Shown here: positions 51,805-64,000 of the stretch, piece after piece
Layout: every line of letters starts with the position of its first letter
Position numbering within the stretch: position 1 is the first letter of the stretch
Origin: Octopus bimaculoides
Taxonomy: Eukaryota
Direction of reading: 5' to 3'
Assembly: GCF_001194135.2 (NCBI RefSeq)
Contig: NC_068981.1
Span: forward strand, 164,376,682-164,440,681
Length of the DNA: 64,000 bases
The notes under the pieces: generated by a model
What the model was told of the DNA's origin: nothing
Database searches by the model: none
What the model saw: only the letters and a program-made list of their open reading frames with translations
Program-made: the position numbers and the translations under genes

Positions 51805-54186
51805 GGAAAGAGAGCGAAGGGGAGGAAGGGTAAGAGATGGATAAAGAAGACGAGTGTGGAGACATTAAAATGCTACACTTGTAAGCACCGAAAGAGGGCT
51901 AACTTAATATGCAGTGCAGGATATTTATTTTACAAAAACTGAATACTTTTTCGGGCGACTTGAGTTTCACGAGACTTCGATCTTATGTTTCAGTATGTCA
52001 TACCGTGTTCCTATATTGAAATGAGTTTGTATGTGTATGGTTGACCTTTAAATTCGTTAGTTTCTAAATATTGCTTTTAGGTTAGTGTTAATTTGATTAT
52101 TGTTGTACTGCTATTGTTTAGTCGCTAATACGTCGGTTGTTTTCTCTCCGTTGGTGGTTTTCGTAGTTATATCCCATTTCTCGAGAATGTTTTTCGTATT
52201 CATTACTTAATTCGTGTCCTTTTTATTGATGTCTTGTTGTTCTTCATTGGCCAAATTTTTGGTTGCTTTGCTTTGTGTAAATAGGAAAAATTCGTAAGTC
52301 CCGTAATACATCTGTGTGGGTCGAGTTTTGCTGGCGCCAGGTTTATTTCTTTTGTTGTCGTGATCTTTTGCTATTCATGTAGCACTAAATAAATACTCAT
52401 TTTATTGGTCAATTTTTTGGTCACTTTGTTTATGCTGTTCGATTACTTTTCTGTTGTGGTCGGTAATGTCATGCCTTCATTCTTTACCATTGCTGAAAAA
52501 TAGTATGTTTGTCCTGTTTGGAATTAGGACAATTTTTTAAATATGATTTTATTTTGGTACTGAAATGAGATATCAAAAATTTCATCTAAACAGCAACCAT
52601 ATGCGCTAAATAAATTATATTGTATTTTTGTGCGGTGTACGAGGGAAGGACAATATGCCGGTTTTACAAACACATACATACATATATGTGTACATATATG
52701 TATATATGTGTGTATGCATGTGTGTGTGTTTGGATATGTATATGTTTTTGTAAGTGTGTGAACGTGAACGTGCACGTGTGCGTAAGAGGGCGGTTTTCTG
52801 TCTATGCGAGGAATATTACGTAACAAACTTTATACCAGATGTATGAATTAATTAATTCTGTCTAAGGAATTAAATATAATCTTGCTGGTTATAACCCCGT
52901 ATAAATCAAATAAATTTAACACCAGAATGATCGCTATTTCAACCTAATTAGGTCTCAACATTTTCCGTGCGGTTAGAATCACGTATGCGCTAACACTCAG
53001 ACTGTTTATATTTATCAGTCAATATTCAGAATGAATCATCTGGTGCTATAGAATTGGCAATTTATATTTGAGAGTATTTCACAACACTACTGCATATAAG
53101 ATTTATATAACTCTTTACAAGAATGATTTTCTAGTCTTAATTTAAATTGATTTAGAATAAAACTTTTCAAATAATACTTACTTATATGGAAGTAATACGT
53201 CCATCCATAGATAAAATATATTATAATAAATATACATAAACTCTATAAAGTCTTTGTACAACTTTAAATTATTAATCTAAAAATTTTATACTTTCTATAA
53301 CATTTAGTAGTTTGAAACATATATTTTTATCGTCTTTAGCTACAAAATTTATTACAATTGCTTATTTTCTAAGAAAAAAGTTATGCTTTCTTCAACTTTA
53401 TTTTATAGGAAAATGTAAGAACTAACGATTACTTAAGTAAACTCTAGACGACCTGTGGGTTTCCATAACTAATGTGATTCAGGGAATAACTGAAAAAAAC
53501 AGCTGCAAAACATATTTTTACGACTTCCGATTCGCAAACAGTTTGTACGTGTACTTATGGTGGACATGTTAATAAAGTAACAACATATACATTTTAAAAT
53601 ACATTTCTTTTCATAGATTCATATCTATTCTTCTGTATTAAATGAAGAAACGGTGTCGAGTGAAAATTCTGTAAAAAAAATAATTATAAGCTTTAAACTT
53701 ATAAGCGTTCACCGTGTACTAGCTTTAGAAAATAGTCTAATATTTGGGCATTAGTACGTTGAAAAATATTGCGTATACATCTAATTAAGAAATTTGCGTT
53801 AGACTGCTCTGTTTAAATGCTGGACAGCAGCGTGATACCTTGGGGGATATTTAGCAAATAGTAAGCACACAGATAAACGTATATACATATTTCATGTATT
53901 AATTAATTTATTAATTTATTTAGGTATGGACGGACATACCGTTAGCGGAAACCCAAATTTTAGTACCTAACTGCGACAAATGTATAAAACTGGCGAGATT
54001 GAGGTTCAAGGCAAAACAAGAATATGTATACATATATACATACATACACACACATGCATACGTATATATATACATATATACATAAATATATTTTTATATG
54101 TGTATATACACAACACACACACTACACACGCATGTTTATACACATGAACAAAGTGGAATGTATACGTGGGCTGTGTATTTACTTCC

Positions 54187-54228
<42 letters not shown>

Positions 54229-54234
54229 TTGTGT

Positions 54235-54455
54235 GTCTGCTTGTCCCGCCTCACCGTCGCTTGAAATCGATGTTGGTGCGTNNNNNNNNNNACCGTCGCT
54301 TGAAATCGATGTTGGTGCGTTTACGTCCCCGTAACTTAGCAGTTCGGCAAAAGACACCGATAGAATAAGTACTAGGCTTACAAAGAATAAGTCCTGGCGT
54401 CCACTAAAAGAAGTGCTCCAGTAAGCCGCAGGCAAATGACTGAAACATATAGAAA
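54235..54455 (+). mobile_element. SINE-B 3' half
   Basis: tttacgtccccgtaacttagc...gaataagtactaggcttacaaag. Confidence 0.85.
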
Positions 54456-54547
54456 AGAAAAAAAAAAGAATGTGTGTGTGTGCGTGCGTGTGTGTGTGTG
54501 TATGTGNNNNNNNNNNNNNNNNNNNNNNNNNNNNNNNNNNNNNNNNN

Positions 54548-54614
<67 letters not shown>

Positions 54615-55248
54615 CCATATATGTATGCGTGTGTGAATGTATGTAGAAGTTCGCAACAATTGCTGGCCGTGATGTAACCTCATCTATACTAGTCGCATCA
54701 TACAACGATGATGAAATAGATGCAGGAAAAAAAAATTAGAATAATATAAAGATAGACTGCAAAAATGTATGGAAGAATACATTACACATGAATGACTGTG
54801 TCAATACAAACCTAGTTTATGGCTCATTTCACACAGCAGATCCGCGTTATTTGTATGCAAGACTTGTGTCGACTGTATTTTGATTATCGTTCTCCTTGTC
54901 CAGAGATGTAATACCAACCCTCAAAGCTACACAAAACAGATTAGCAACGAAATGTTGCTTACAGCATCGTTTTTTTTTTTATTATATATTTATTTAAAAA
55001 AATATTAATATAATAAACGGCTCCTTTTATTTGCCATAAGGGCGACGAATGGGGCGGAGGAGGGTTGATTTGGCACACTAAAAAACCGGAGGTTGCAAAA
55101 CATTGAAATTCTTGTCTTGTTTTTATTATTTTACATCAAATGCTAGAAAAGAACGAAATAATAATAATAAAAAAGACATATAAGAAATGAAAGGAAAATA
55201 TTTGAAAAATATACAAAAAGATATTGTGATAACAAAATAAGAATACTA

Positions 55249-55251
<3 letters not shown>

Positions 55252-55324
<73 letters not shown>

Positions 55325-55325
55325 G
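55252..55325. repeat. (TAT)n microsatellite
   Basis: Direct inspection. Confidence 0.95.
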
Positions 55326-55944
55326 TCTTTATTATGCATTATTTGATGTTTTTTGATAACTTAATAATGGTGGAATTCTTTGAAATATATCGGAGCAGTT
55401 TCATGTTAGTATATATGTATGTATGTATGTATATATATATACACATATATATGCATATAATACATATAATATATGTATGTGTGCGCATATATATGTATAT
55501 CTATCTATCTACGTGCAGTCGTGTTTATGCATTCATCATTCATATACATACACACACACACACACACACACATACATGCATATATATACATGCATAAACA
55601 TGTAAACAATCGCACACGCATACACACATCTATGCACGTGTTCTTACATTTATTTTGAGTCGCACTCCTGTACTATTTGATGGGATCTTAGTTCACTATA
55701 AATGTCGCAACTATCCGGAATTCGCCAATACAATGTACACATATTTTATGTACACTACCAATTCATGCAGTGTTCAATGTTTGAACTCAAAGTTCTATGT
55801 TTGCTTAGGTGTCCGCTTGACCTTGTGAGCTAAATCAGTTGATGTAAACATTCTCGTTCTGTATACATAGGGTAAGGACGCATTTACACATTCACACACA
55901 CATATGTATAGGATACGTAGATGGTTATCTTAATTAGATATTGC

Positions 55945-56105
55945 CTCAGGCGTTGCTGTGCAGCAAGAAATTGCTTCCCAACCACATAGCTCCGGGTTCA
56001 GTGCCACTGCGTGGCACCGTGGGCAAGTGTCTTCAGCTTTAACCTTGGGATGATCAAAATTTTGTGAGTGAATTTGATTAACGGAAACTGAAATAAGCCG
56101 TCGTG
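55945..56105 (+). mobile_element. SINE-B head
   Basis: ttgcttcccaaccacatagctccgggttcagtgccactgcgtggcaccgtgggcaagtgtcttc. Confidence 0.88.
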
Positions 56106-56274
56106 TGTGTGTGTGTTTGTGTTTGTGTGTGTGTTTGTGTTTGTGTGTGTGTTTGTGTTTGTGTGTGTGTGTATCTATATAAAAATGTACACACACATAA
56201 ATAAATGGAGTCGCATGAAACGATCGTACTGCATTAACCTTGAATATCCTTGTTGCTTATTTTGATTTTAATCA

Positions 56275-56322
<48 letters not shown>

Positions 56323-56326
56323 TTAC

Positions 56327-56500
56327 TAAGTTACAGGACGTAAACAAAGTAACACCGGTTGTCAAATGTTACTTTGTTTACGTCCCCATAACTTAATGCC
56401 TCAGTAAAAGATCCGATAGAATAAGTACCATGCTTGAAAGAATAACTACCAGGATTGATTTTTTTTCTTTCAAATAAGTCCCCTTCGAAGCGGCGCCAAA
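56327..56500. mobile_element. SINE-B tail with fold-back inverted duplication
   Basis: 19-bp perfect inverted repeat at 56336-56354 and 56367-56385. Confidence 0.85.
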
Positions 56501-56809
56501 GCGTTGCCACTGTCTGACGACTGATACAAGTAAAAGGTAATATATAACGAATAGCTTGAAAGAATAGATGAATTCAGAAGAATTAACGGCCATCCAATTA
56601 AAACCACCGGGTGTGAGGAACCCTTAGCTGTTGACACAGCATACTTTTAGGAGAGGAACACTCTGGCAAAACATGCAGCTCTACATGATTACTGGTCATC
56701 TCTTTTCGGTCTTTCATTAGGTACTAATCACGGGCACTCAGAAATTGATACTTCTGTTGTAAAAGCGTTTATCACAATAATCCAATGACGTATAGACGTC
56801 TCTTTATGG

Positions 56810-57122
56810 CAGGGGTTCTCAACCATCTTTTACCTGTGAACCCCCTTGATTCCTGGGTGTTCACCCCACCCATTGCCATTCGATATTTAGAAAATCCTAT
56901 TGTGTTTTTCATAATTAAATATTATTAGGACTTGTATAAAAAAAAGCTACTAAAATATTTTGTGTATCGTGGACCTATAACTAATTTATTGCACATAAAC
57001 TTTACTTGTCTGAAACACAATTTTTTTATGGCCCCTGAAAAATTACCGTAGATTAGCAGCTTGCTAAATTGTATCCGTGGACCTCCAAAAATCTTATATG
57101 GACCCTCAGTTGTGAACCCATG
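56810..57122. mobile_element. hAT-type MITE
   Basis: CAGGGGTTCTCAAC left end and GTTGTGAACCCATG right end; 8-bp TSD ctttatgg / ctttttgg. Confidence 0.85.
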
Positions 57123-59045
57123 CTTTTTGGTAACTTCATTTGTCATTCCATTTACTTAAAGTCCTATTGCGTTGAAAGAATTGTGTTGTGTGCAAACGCA
57201 ACCAGTTGAAAGCGCACAGTTATACAGGTCAGTAGCAGGACTGATTAGTCAGCTGAGTGGTCATGGATAGAAAGTCAGAAATGATATTGACAGTGGGCTA
57301 ACAGACACAAACAGGGCAATCATCTGTGTAAATGACTTAATCACCATGTATAAACGAAATATCTTGTGCATAACACAAGGTAAAATAGAATTGGTGTATA
57401 TTTCAATATTACAAAACTTCAATGTGGATGAAATTAGAAATTAAACAGATTCCTTATATGTTATTACTATGAGAAAAGAAAAAGAAAAAGAAGAGTGCCT
57501 TGGTGGATAGTTTCATGGTCTATTGACTGATCTTCAGAGAAGGCATACACAGCTTCTTGCTCGCAATCTGTAGCACAGATAAGTCATCGCAAACAGACGT
57601 AAATTTAGTTAGCACTTCGTGGTAGATAGCCTAATACATACATACATACATACATACATACATACATACATACATACATACACACACACACGTAAATATG
57701 GTTTTTCAATGAAGACCAGTTCACCGAATTGTTTTTAATATACTAACACATCTTCATGATACACAAATGTATAGTTACTATTGTATTGTACTTATTGCTT
57801 TTATTGTTTTTTTTCTAAAGAACATGTACAAGCATCGTACTTAAGAAAATATAATTTCGTCTGATCTTAACCTTGACACGTTGCCAAAAATGTTGAGTAG
57901 CATATGGAGCCGATTGCATTTTCGACAGGTATACTTAATTTGTGGTCATTTTTTTAATAGAAGCTTTTTCTATTTGTCTTTGTAGGATGGGTGAAAGGTA
58001 AAGGCAGTTGGTGGTGGGAATTTTGAACATATACTTATTTCGCCAATAGCCAAAATTTATCGATAGTTATACATACATACATACATACATACATGTGTAT
58101 AAATGTGTGTATTTATCTACCACTGAAAGATTGTTAGAACACAGATTATTGTGCTATTTACCATGATAGGACCTCTCATATGGGCTTGTGGTACATGTAA
58201 GCATTCGTGTTTATATCGTCGATGGGCGATAATCGTCCGCTGCTACCGCCGGAACTACCAGATCACTTGACTTCACAATTTCTTGTGCTTCTCAATAGCA
58301 GACGTTCGACTAGACACAGCAAATTTCTCCGTCAGCGATATATAGAACTTTACTGTTTGTTCAGGCACAGGTGTCTCAAATAGCTAGTTCGGCTAGTAAA
58401 AAATAATTTATAGTGATAAAAAGATAATACGCGCGCACACATACTCATAGTTTTATATTATTCTTTTAAGATGTTAGAGAACTACAATTTAAGTCAGAGT
58501 ACTTAGTATGCAAAATAGAGTGGAAATGTTTAAGATGATGGCTTGTTTATTCAAGCTTTATTCCTTCTTAGAATTCGTCTCAGACCATTAAAATGGAGGA
58601 AGTCATAACCTTAATTTGAAATATTTGATCATTTGTGTCTCATGTTTTGTTAAAAGTTGTGTTACTTAGTGTCAAACGTAAAAAAAAGAAACATTACTGA
58701 AACTGTTTTTGTTGTAAATTGAAATATTTTCATAAAATGAGCTTTAATAAAAATGACAAATTAGAAATTAAAGTAAGATTTCCCTAATAGTTAGCCACTA
58801 ATTTATGATGTAAATCTATTTAATAATAATGATGAATGAGGCATGTGTGTATAACATAAAGATGATACCAAACACTTCAATATTAACAATAATTATTAAT
58901 CCATTATATAATATCATTGTTAAAACCTAGCATTTGGACTTTTATAGATTTTAAAGTGTGGGTATAAGGTTGAACTAGAAAATTATAATGTATACAATAT
59001 AATGATTATAACAGAAATCCGTTCCCGGGCTACTTCAGTAGCGCG

Positions 59046-59059
59046 CCAGCAGATGGTAG
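59046..59059 (+). promoter_or_regulatory. CTCF-like motif
   Basis: CCAGCAGATGGTAG is one mismatch from CCASYAGRKGGCRS and sits in a small CpG-rich unique patch. Confidence 0.3.
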
Positions 59060-59189
59060 CACACGGTTGTGTGCGCAGTGAGAGCGAGCAGTGACATTCA
59101 TCAGGCAGTGTGTCGAGTGAAATCACTGTGCGTTCTTTTACTTGTTTCAGTGATTTGACTGTGGTCATGCTGGAGCACCGCCTTTATGT

Positions 59190-60137
59190 TTCATTTTTTT
59201 CTTCTGGGCAAAACATTTTGAATATAGTTGGTTTTTTTTTTCCATCTCTTCTGTGTTGTTGGGAGGTGATATTTTTACTTCACCCTCCTCCTCTGTTATT
59301 CTTTTAAACATTTCCTGGAGTTCCCCCTATGAGATCTCCAGACTTTCCATTTGTACGGCAGCGACTGCTGCAAAACCTTTGGTAACTCGTTTTGGAGGCT
59401 GGTTAGCTTCCAAAGCCTCACACTCCTCGAGAGAGCATTTTTCTCTTATTGTCTCCACCGACATTTCGGTCGAGGTAAATCAGCAGAAAACACACGAACA
59501 AAAGAAAAACAACACAGTTCCAAGATTTTTTTTCTTTTTGGCAATCAATAAGTTCAAATCTCACCTATGTCACAATGAAGCCAAAAACGGCTGAAAAAAC
59601 AGTTCTTTTGTTCCAAAGGGACAATTATATGATTCTGTTCCTTTTATTTTTCTGTTCAAAAAAATTACTTCCTCTCATGAGGAAAAACAGTTCAAATCCC
59701 AACTCCGTCAGGGGGAGGGGCACAGTTCAAATAAAGAGCCTAAAACGGCTGAATACATTTATTTTTCAAAAGAAAATTGTAGGTTTCCCCCTTTCTTTTC
59801 CACAGTTCAAAAAATAAATTCTTCGCAATAGGAACAACAGTTCAAATCCCGCTCCCGGTTTGGGAGTGGGGCTAAATTTAAAGAATGCACTCCGTTGAAG
59901 AATCCAATCGAATAAACAATTGCCAAATGGCTACAGAAATTTCCCTATTCCCTCGAAATACCAGGAAATAAAATAGTCCAACGCAGCCTGCATACAGGCA
60001 ACAGTTCACAACAACAATTTTCAACAATAATTTTCAACAACAGTTTGCAAGAAATAGCAGAGTTTCAACTGTAAAAATAACAACTCACAGAGCGCAAAAA
60101 AAAAAAGAAAATAAAAACACGACCGAACTCTTCAACT
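59190..60137 (-). mobile_element. Tx1/L1-like element 2: modular 5' UTR and start of ORF1, 3' part lost
   Basis: ATG at 59464; MSVETIREKCSLEEC...ELQEMFKRITEEEGEVKISPP..EKKTNYIQNVLPRRK resembles element 1 KEMLKMEGNKLKVFP..EKTIIYMTYSVASRK. Confidence 0.65.
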
Positions 60138-60152
60138 GGAAGCAAGCTTCTT

Positions 60153-61840
60153 TATTTCACGGAATTGGCCATGAAGGACGTACATAGAGGGGACAGCACA
60201 AGGTGGGGACAGAAAAAGCAAAACGAATGAAAGAGATGAATTGAATATAATGAAAAAATGGAAGGAAGCCGTTCGGCCACACCTCCAAGCGACTTCATTG
60301 AATCAACTTCTGTTTTTCAGACACTGGTTTATAACATTATTTTGTAATACATTTTGCAACAGCTAATTTTCATTTTTATGCAAAATGTTTATATTATATT
60401 TTTTTAAATATCAAGACAGCATACCCGTTCTGGCATTGTGCTGGTGTCTATTTTCTTGACCCACCACTCATAGTCACAGTCTTCCTCATAGTCCTTTAAT
60501 CTTGAGAGGCACCCCGGTTCTGCCATCACACAGCGCATGTACCCGGGCAACCCCTTCACTTTTGTTATATCCACTTTTATCACTCTATTCCACGAGTTTA
60601 TCTCACTATCAAGTTTTTTATTTTCTCTATCGCACGGTATAACATATTTTTCATTACCGGGCGAGGGTAGGGAAATTTGGTGCTCCTGTGTGCTTGTGCT
60701 TGTCTTTATGTCAGGTGAGGCATGGAGAGGGTTGGTGCCTGAAGGAAGTGGTTGGGGTAGAGTGGGGATGGGGGTCGTCATTTACAACGTGTATTCTTTT
60801 TCTTCTCTTTATTTTTTCTTCCCAGCCACTTCCCATCTGTTTCTTTCCTCATTCCCTTTCTCCTCCTCGACACTGGTACTGGTTTTCATCGGTGGTAAAG
60901 TCGCAGTTTCCTTCTCATTCTCTTTATCCTTCATGAGTGGTGGAGGACAGTGCAATCTAATGTGACCTTTAAGGCCATATTTATAGCACCACGGGATCCT
61001 TCCTTCTACTCTAACTCCGAGTTTTGCTTCTCCGACCGTGATGGTCTCGACCACATTTTCAATCTTTTCCTTTGCAAATTCTACCACCATATCGAGGCTT
61101 TGTCCTTGCCAGTTCCTGTGGGGTGTCTTGGTGGCCTGGAGGACTACCACATCCTCCTCCATGCCCAGCAGTATGCAGCTACCAGCCATGCTACATCCAC
61201 TTCTGGGGGTATTTCTTCAACGCTAACCCTGGAAGCTCGTCTCCCAAGGTATACGGATAGAAGCACCACTTCATTCGTTTTCAATGGTGTTGCCGAGTGC
61301 AGCCTGGCGGTAGCTACCTCTCGGAATTGCACATCCACTGTTCCAAACTTTTTTCCTCTGGCAAGGTAGGAAATTCCTTGCCAGATTGGTCTAAGTGCCT
61401 TTTCAATTTGAGTCGTCGACATAACTTCTATTTTCCTGCTTGCTACAGAGTACGTCATGTAAATTATTGTTTTTTCTTGTTTATCCTTTAAAACTTCTTT
61501 GGTGGGGAACACTTTCAATTTGTTCCCCTCCATTTTAAGCATTTCTTTGAATTTACCCAATTCTTCCAGACATACTTCTTCGGTTTTACCTTCGTCGCCT
61601 CTGCGTTGTTCTTCGTCTCTATTTTTTCGACAATTCTATCCAAACACCTCACTAATTCTTCCTCAGACGACAAAAAGTCCGAAGAAGTGCAGTTCACAAA
61701 GTCTGAAGAATTCGAGCCTTCGCAGCTCCTCATCCGACGCCCCTCCATTAAACAAAAGGAAAAACGTCGCACCGCCAAGACAACCAAAGAACACGTGCGT
61801 TACACTTAAAATCTACAATCCAACGGAAAAACGCTACATC
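60153..61840 (-). mobile_element. Tx1/L1-like element 1, ORF1 only, 15-bp TSD
   Basis: TSD ggaagcaag(c/t)ttctt at 60138-60152 and 61841-61855. The broken ORF1 has an RRM-like segment (FGTVDVQF..VYLGRRASRVSVEEIPPEV) and a knuckle CYKYGLKGHIRLHC. No endonuclease or RT was seen. Confidence 0.88.
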
Positions 61841-61875
61841 GGAAGCAAGTTTCTTACCACACAGCACGCCTGTAT
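61841..61875 (-). mobile_element. SINE-B head (insertion target); matching tail end at about 59140-59185
   Basis: Minus strand caggcgtgctgtgtggtaagaaacttgcttcc. Confidence 0.85.
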
Positions 61876-62004
61876 GTACATATTACATATACATGTGTGT
61901 GCGAGAGAGGGACTCTACGTATGTACATATTACATATACATATACGTAGAGTCTCTCTCTCTCTCTCTCTCGCACACACACACACGCAACACACACTCAT
62001 ACAT

Positions 62005-62260
62005 ATAACAGGGATGTTATACATTGTTGGTCACAGTGTGCTTCGCATTGTTTTAGATTTAGAATGAAACCACCACCAACTGCTCGCTAGAGGGGAATGC
62101 CAACATTCACCCTGAATGTAATGACAGTTCGTCGCTGGTTTACCTATTTACAGTCACGTAGACTTGAGCAACGAGAAATTAAATGTTTTGCTCAAGAACA
62201 AAACACACCACCGATGTGGGAATCGAAATCATGATCTTGCAATTACGAGTGCAACACCTT
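62005..62260 (-). mobile_element. SINE-C-related element
   Basis: Reverse of 28232-28505 (gttatacattgttggtcacag..., tgttttgctcaagaac..., gaatcgaa). Confidence 0.8.
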
Positions 62261-62811
62261 GGCCACCCACTTTCACATGCAATGCGTGCGCACGCATACA
62301 CACACACACGTACACACACACAAACACACACATTTATACATATATATAAATATATGCATCTAATCATGGCTATGTGTTTACTTTTCGTTCAATTTTTCAA
62401 AACACATTTATTCTCATAAATGCATTCACAAACTCAGAAGCAAGTGGGTATGTGTATTTTTATGTATCTATGTGTGTATGTGTCTGTGTGTTTACATGTT
62501 ATATTTACCATATATACATGTGTGTTCGTGTACGTATAAATCTATATATGTGCACATTACTAACACTAACGGACAAAAGAAAAATTTCATGATGGCATAA
62601 TGATAAATACGTATATAAATTTAATTTAAGCTGGTTTCAGCCGACTAAATTAGATATTTGAACATATAATATACACACAAACACACACATATATGTATGC
62701 ATGTATGTGTGTTGTATATATACATACACACACACACACATATATATATATGTATGCATATATATATATATATATGTATGTATGTATGTATGTGTGTATG
62801 TATATATATAT

Positions 62812-62842
<31 letters not shown>

Positions 62843-64000
62843 AATATATGTATATGTGTGNNNNNNNNNNNNNNNNNNNNNNNNNNNNNNNNNNNNNNNN
62901 NNNNNNNNNNNNNNNNNNNNNNNNNNNNNNNNNNNNNNNNNNNNNNNNNNNNNNNNNNNNNNNNNNNNNNNNNNNNNNNNNNNNNNNNNNNNNNNNNNNN
63001 NNNNNNNNNNNNNNNNNNNNNNNNNNNNNNNNNNNNNNNNNNNNNNNNNNNNNNNNNNNNNNNNNNNNNNNNNNNNNNNNNNNNNNNNNNNNNNNNNNNN
63101 NNNNNNNNNNNNNNNNNNNNNNNNNNNNNNNNNNNNNNNNNNNNNNNNNNNNNNNNNNNNNNNNNNNNNNNNNNNNNNNNNNNNNNNNNNNNNNNNNNNN
63201 NNNNNNNNNNNNNNNNNNNNNNNNNNNNNNNNNNNNNNNNNNNNNNNNNNNNNNNNNNNNNNNNNNNNNNNNNNNNNNNNNNNNNNNNNNNNNNNNNNNN
63301 NNNNNNNNNNNNNNNNNNNNNNNNTATATATGAGTGTATAATTATTCATACATATACACACATATATATACTTAGATACATAAATACACGTATACATACA
63401 TATGCGTAATTATACTGAGAAAGAAAAAAAAATATTGAAATAAAGAAAATGAAGCACTTCAAAACATAAAAATATAACTGCTTTATTGCAAAAACGAATT
63501 AGAATTTGCACAAAAATATATTCATATCAAATACGAAACAAAAACATTTACCATAAGACTTATTAAAAAAGTGATAAAACATAAGTAAAATTGAAGCATG
63601 ATACTTATTTTTTATGGCGGATTTTGTTTTTCTTGTGTTAGCTGGAATATGGTTGATTTCATAAAATAATGATGTCCTCCATTTTGTGTGTTTAGTTTTC
63701 AAACATCACTGACTCGGAATCTGCCTTCAGTTTGTTTTGGAATATCTGAGTATGTATCTATTTATCTATTTATTTATTTAATTATCTCTTTCTCTATCTA
63801 GCTGCGCAGTCTTTATCTCTCTATCAGAGTATCTATTTATTTCTCTCTTCCTCTCACAACCTCTTTCTCTTTGCTACAATTACACGCTTATATATTTTCT
63901 ATCTGACACGCTTACTTTCTAAGTGAGTAACAATCTCACGCATTGATACACATATTCAAGCTCCTCATCTCTCCAATTCTCTATGACACACACACACTGT

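Noticed and set aside
51000-52500. Coding-like degraded DNA (faint piggyBac Cys-rich and APE IGTW-like hints)
   Set aside because: Stops in all frames; the motifs are too weak to assign without a profile search.
54263-54321. 29-bp direct repeat around a short N gap (similar case at about 9610-9675)
   Set aside because: Looks like an unmerged contig overlap, an assembly artefact.
57970-58030. Apparent 12-nt plus-strand microexon (tag|GATGGGTGAAAG|gtaaag)
   Set aside because: It lies in a decayed minus-strand SINE-A body.

Overview
Eukaryotic, AT-rich, repeat-dense DNA with many assembly gaps. The tRNA-derived SINE families and the very high microsatellite load suggest a cephalopod (octopus-like) genome; this is an inference. 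No intact host CDS, rRNA, tRNA or CRISPR array is supportable. The window is mostly transposon remnants: a rearranged Helitron, RLE (R4/Dong-like) LINE pieces tied to (AAT)n, a full-length DD36E Tc1-family element, two mariner loci (one nested), CR1 and RTE 3' fragments, hAT and pogo MITEs, and three SINE families (named A, B and C here). The best lead is at 59.1-61.9 kb. Two Tx1/L1-like elements sit at the same nucleotide of a SINE-B head. One is bounded by a 15-bp TSD, carries only ORF1, and shares its 3' tail with SINE-A. A weak chain of phase-compatible minus-strand exons may mark an unrecognised host gene. All analysis was by eye, so boundaries and identities of degraded repeats are approximate.
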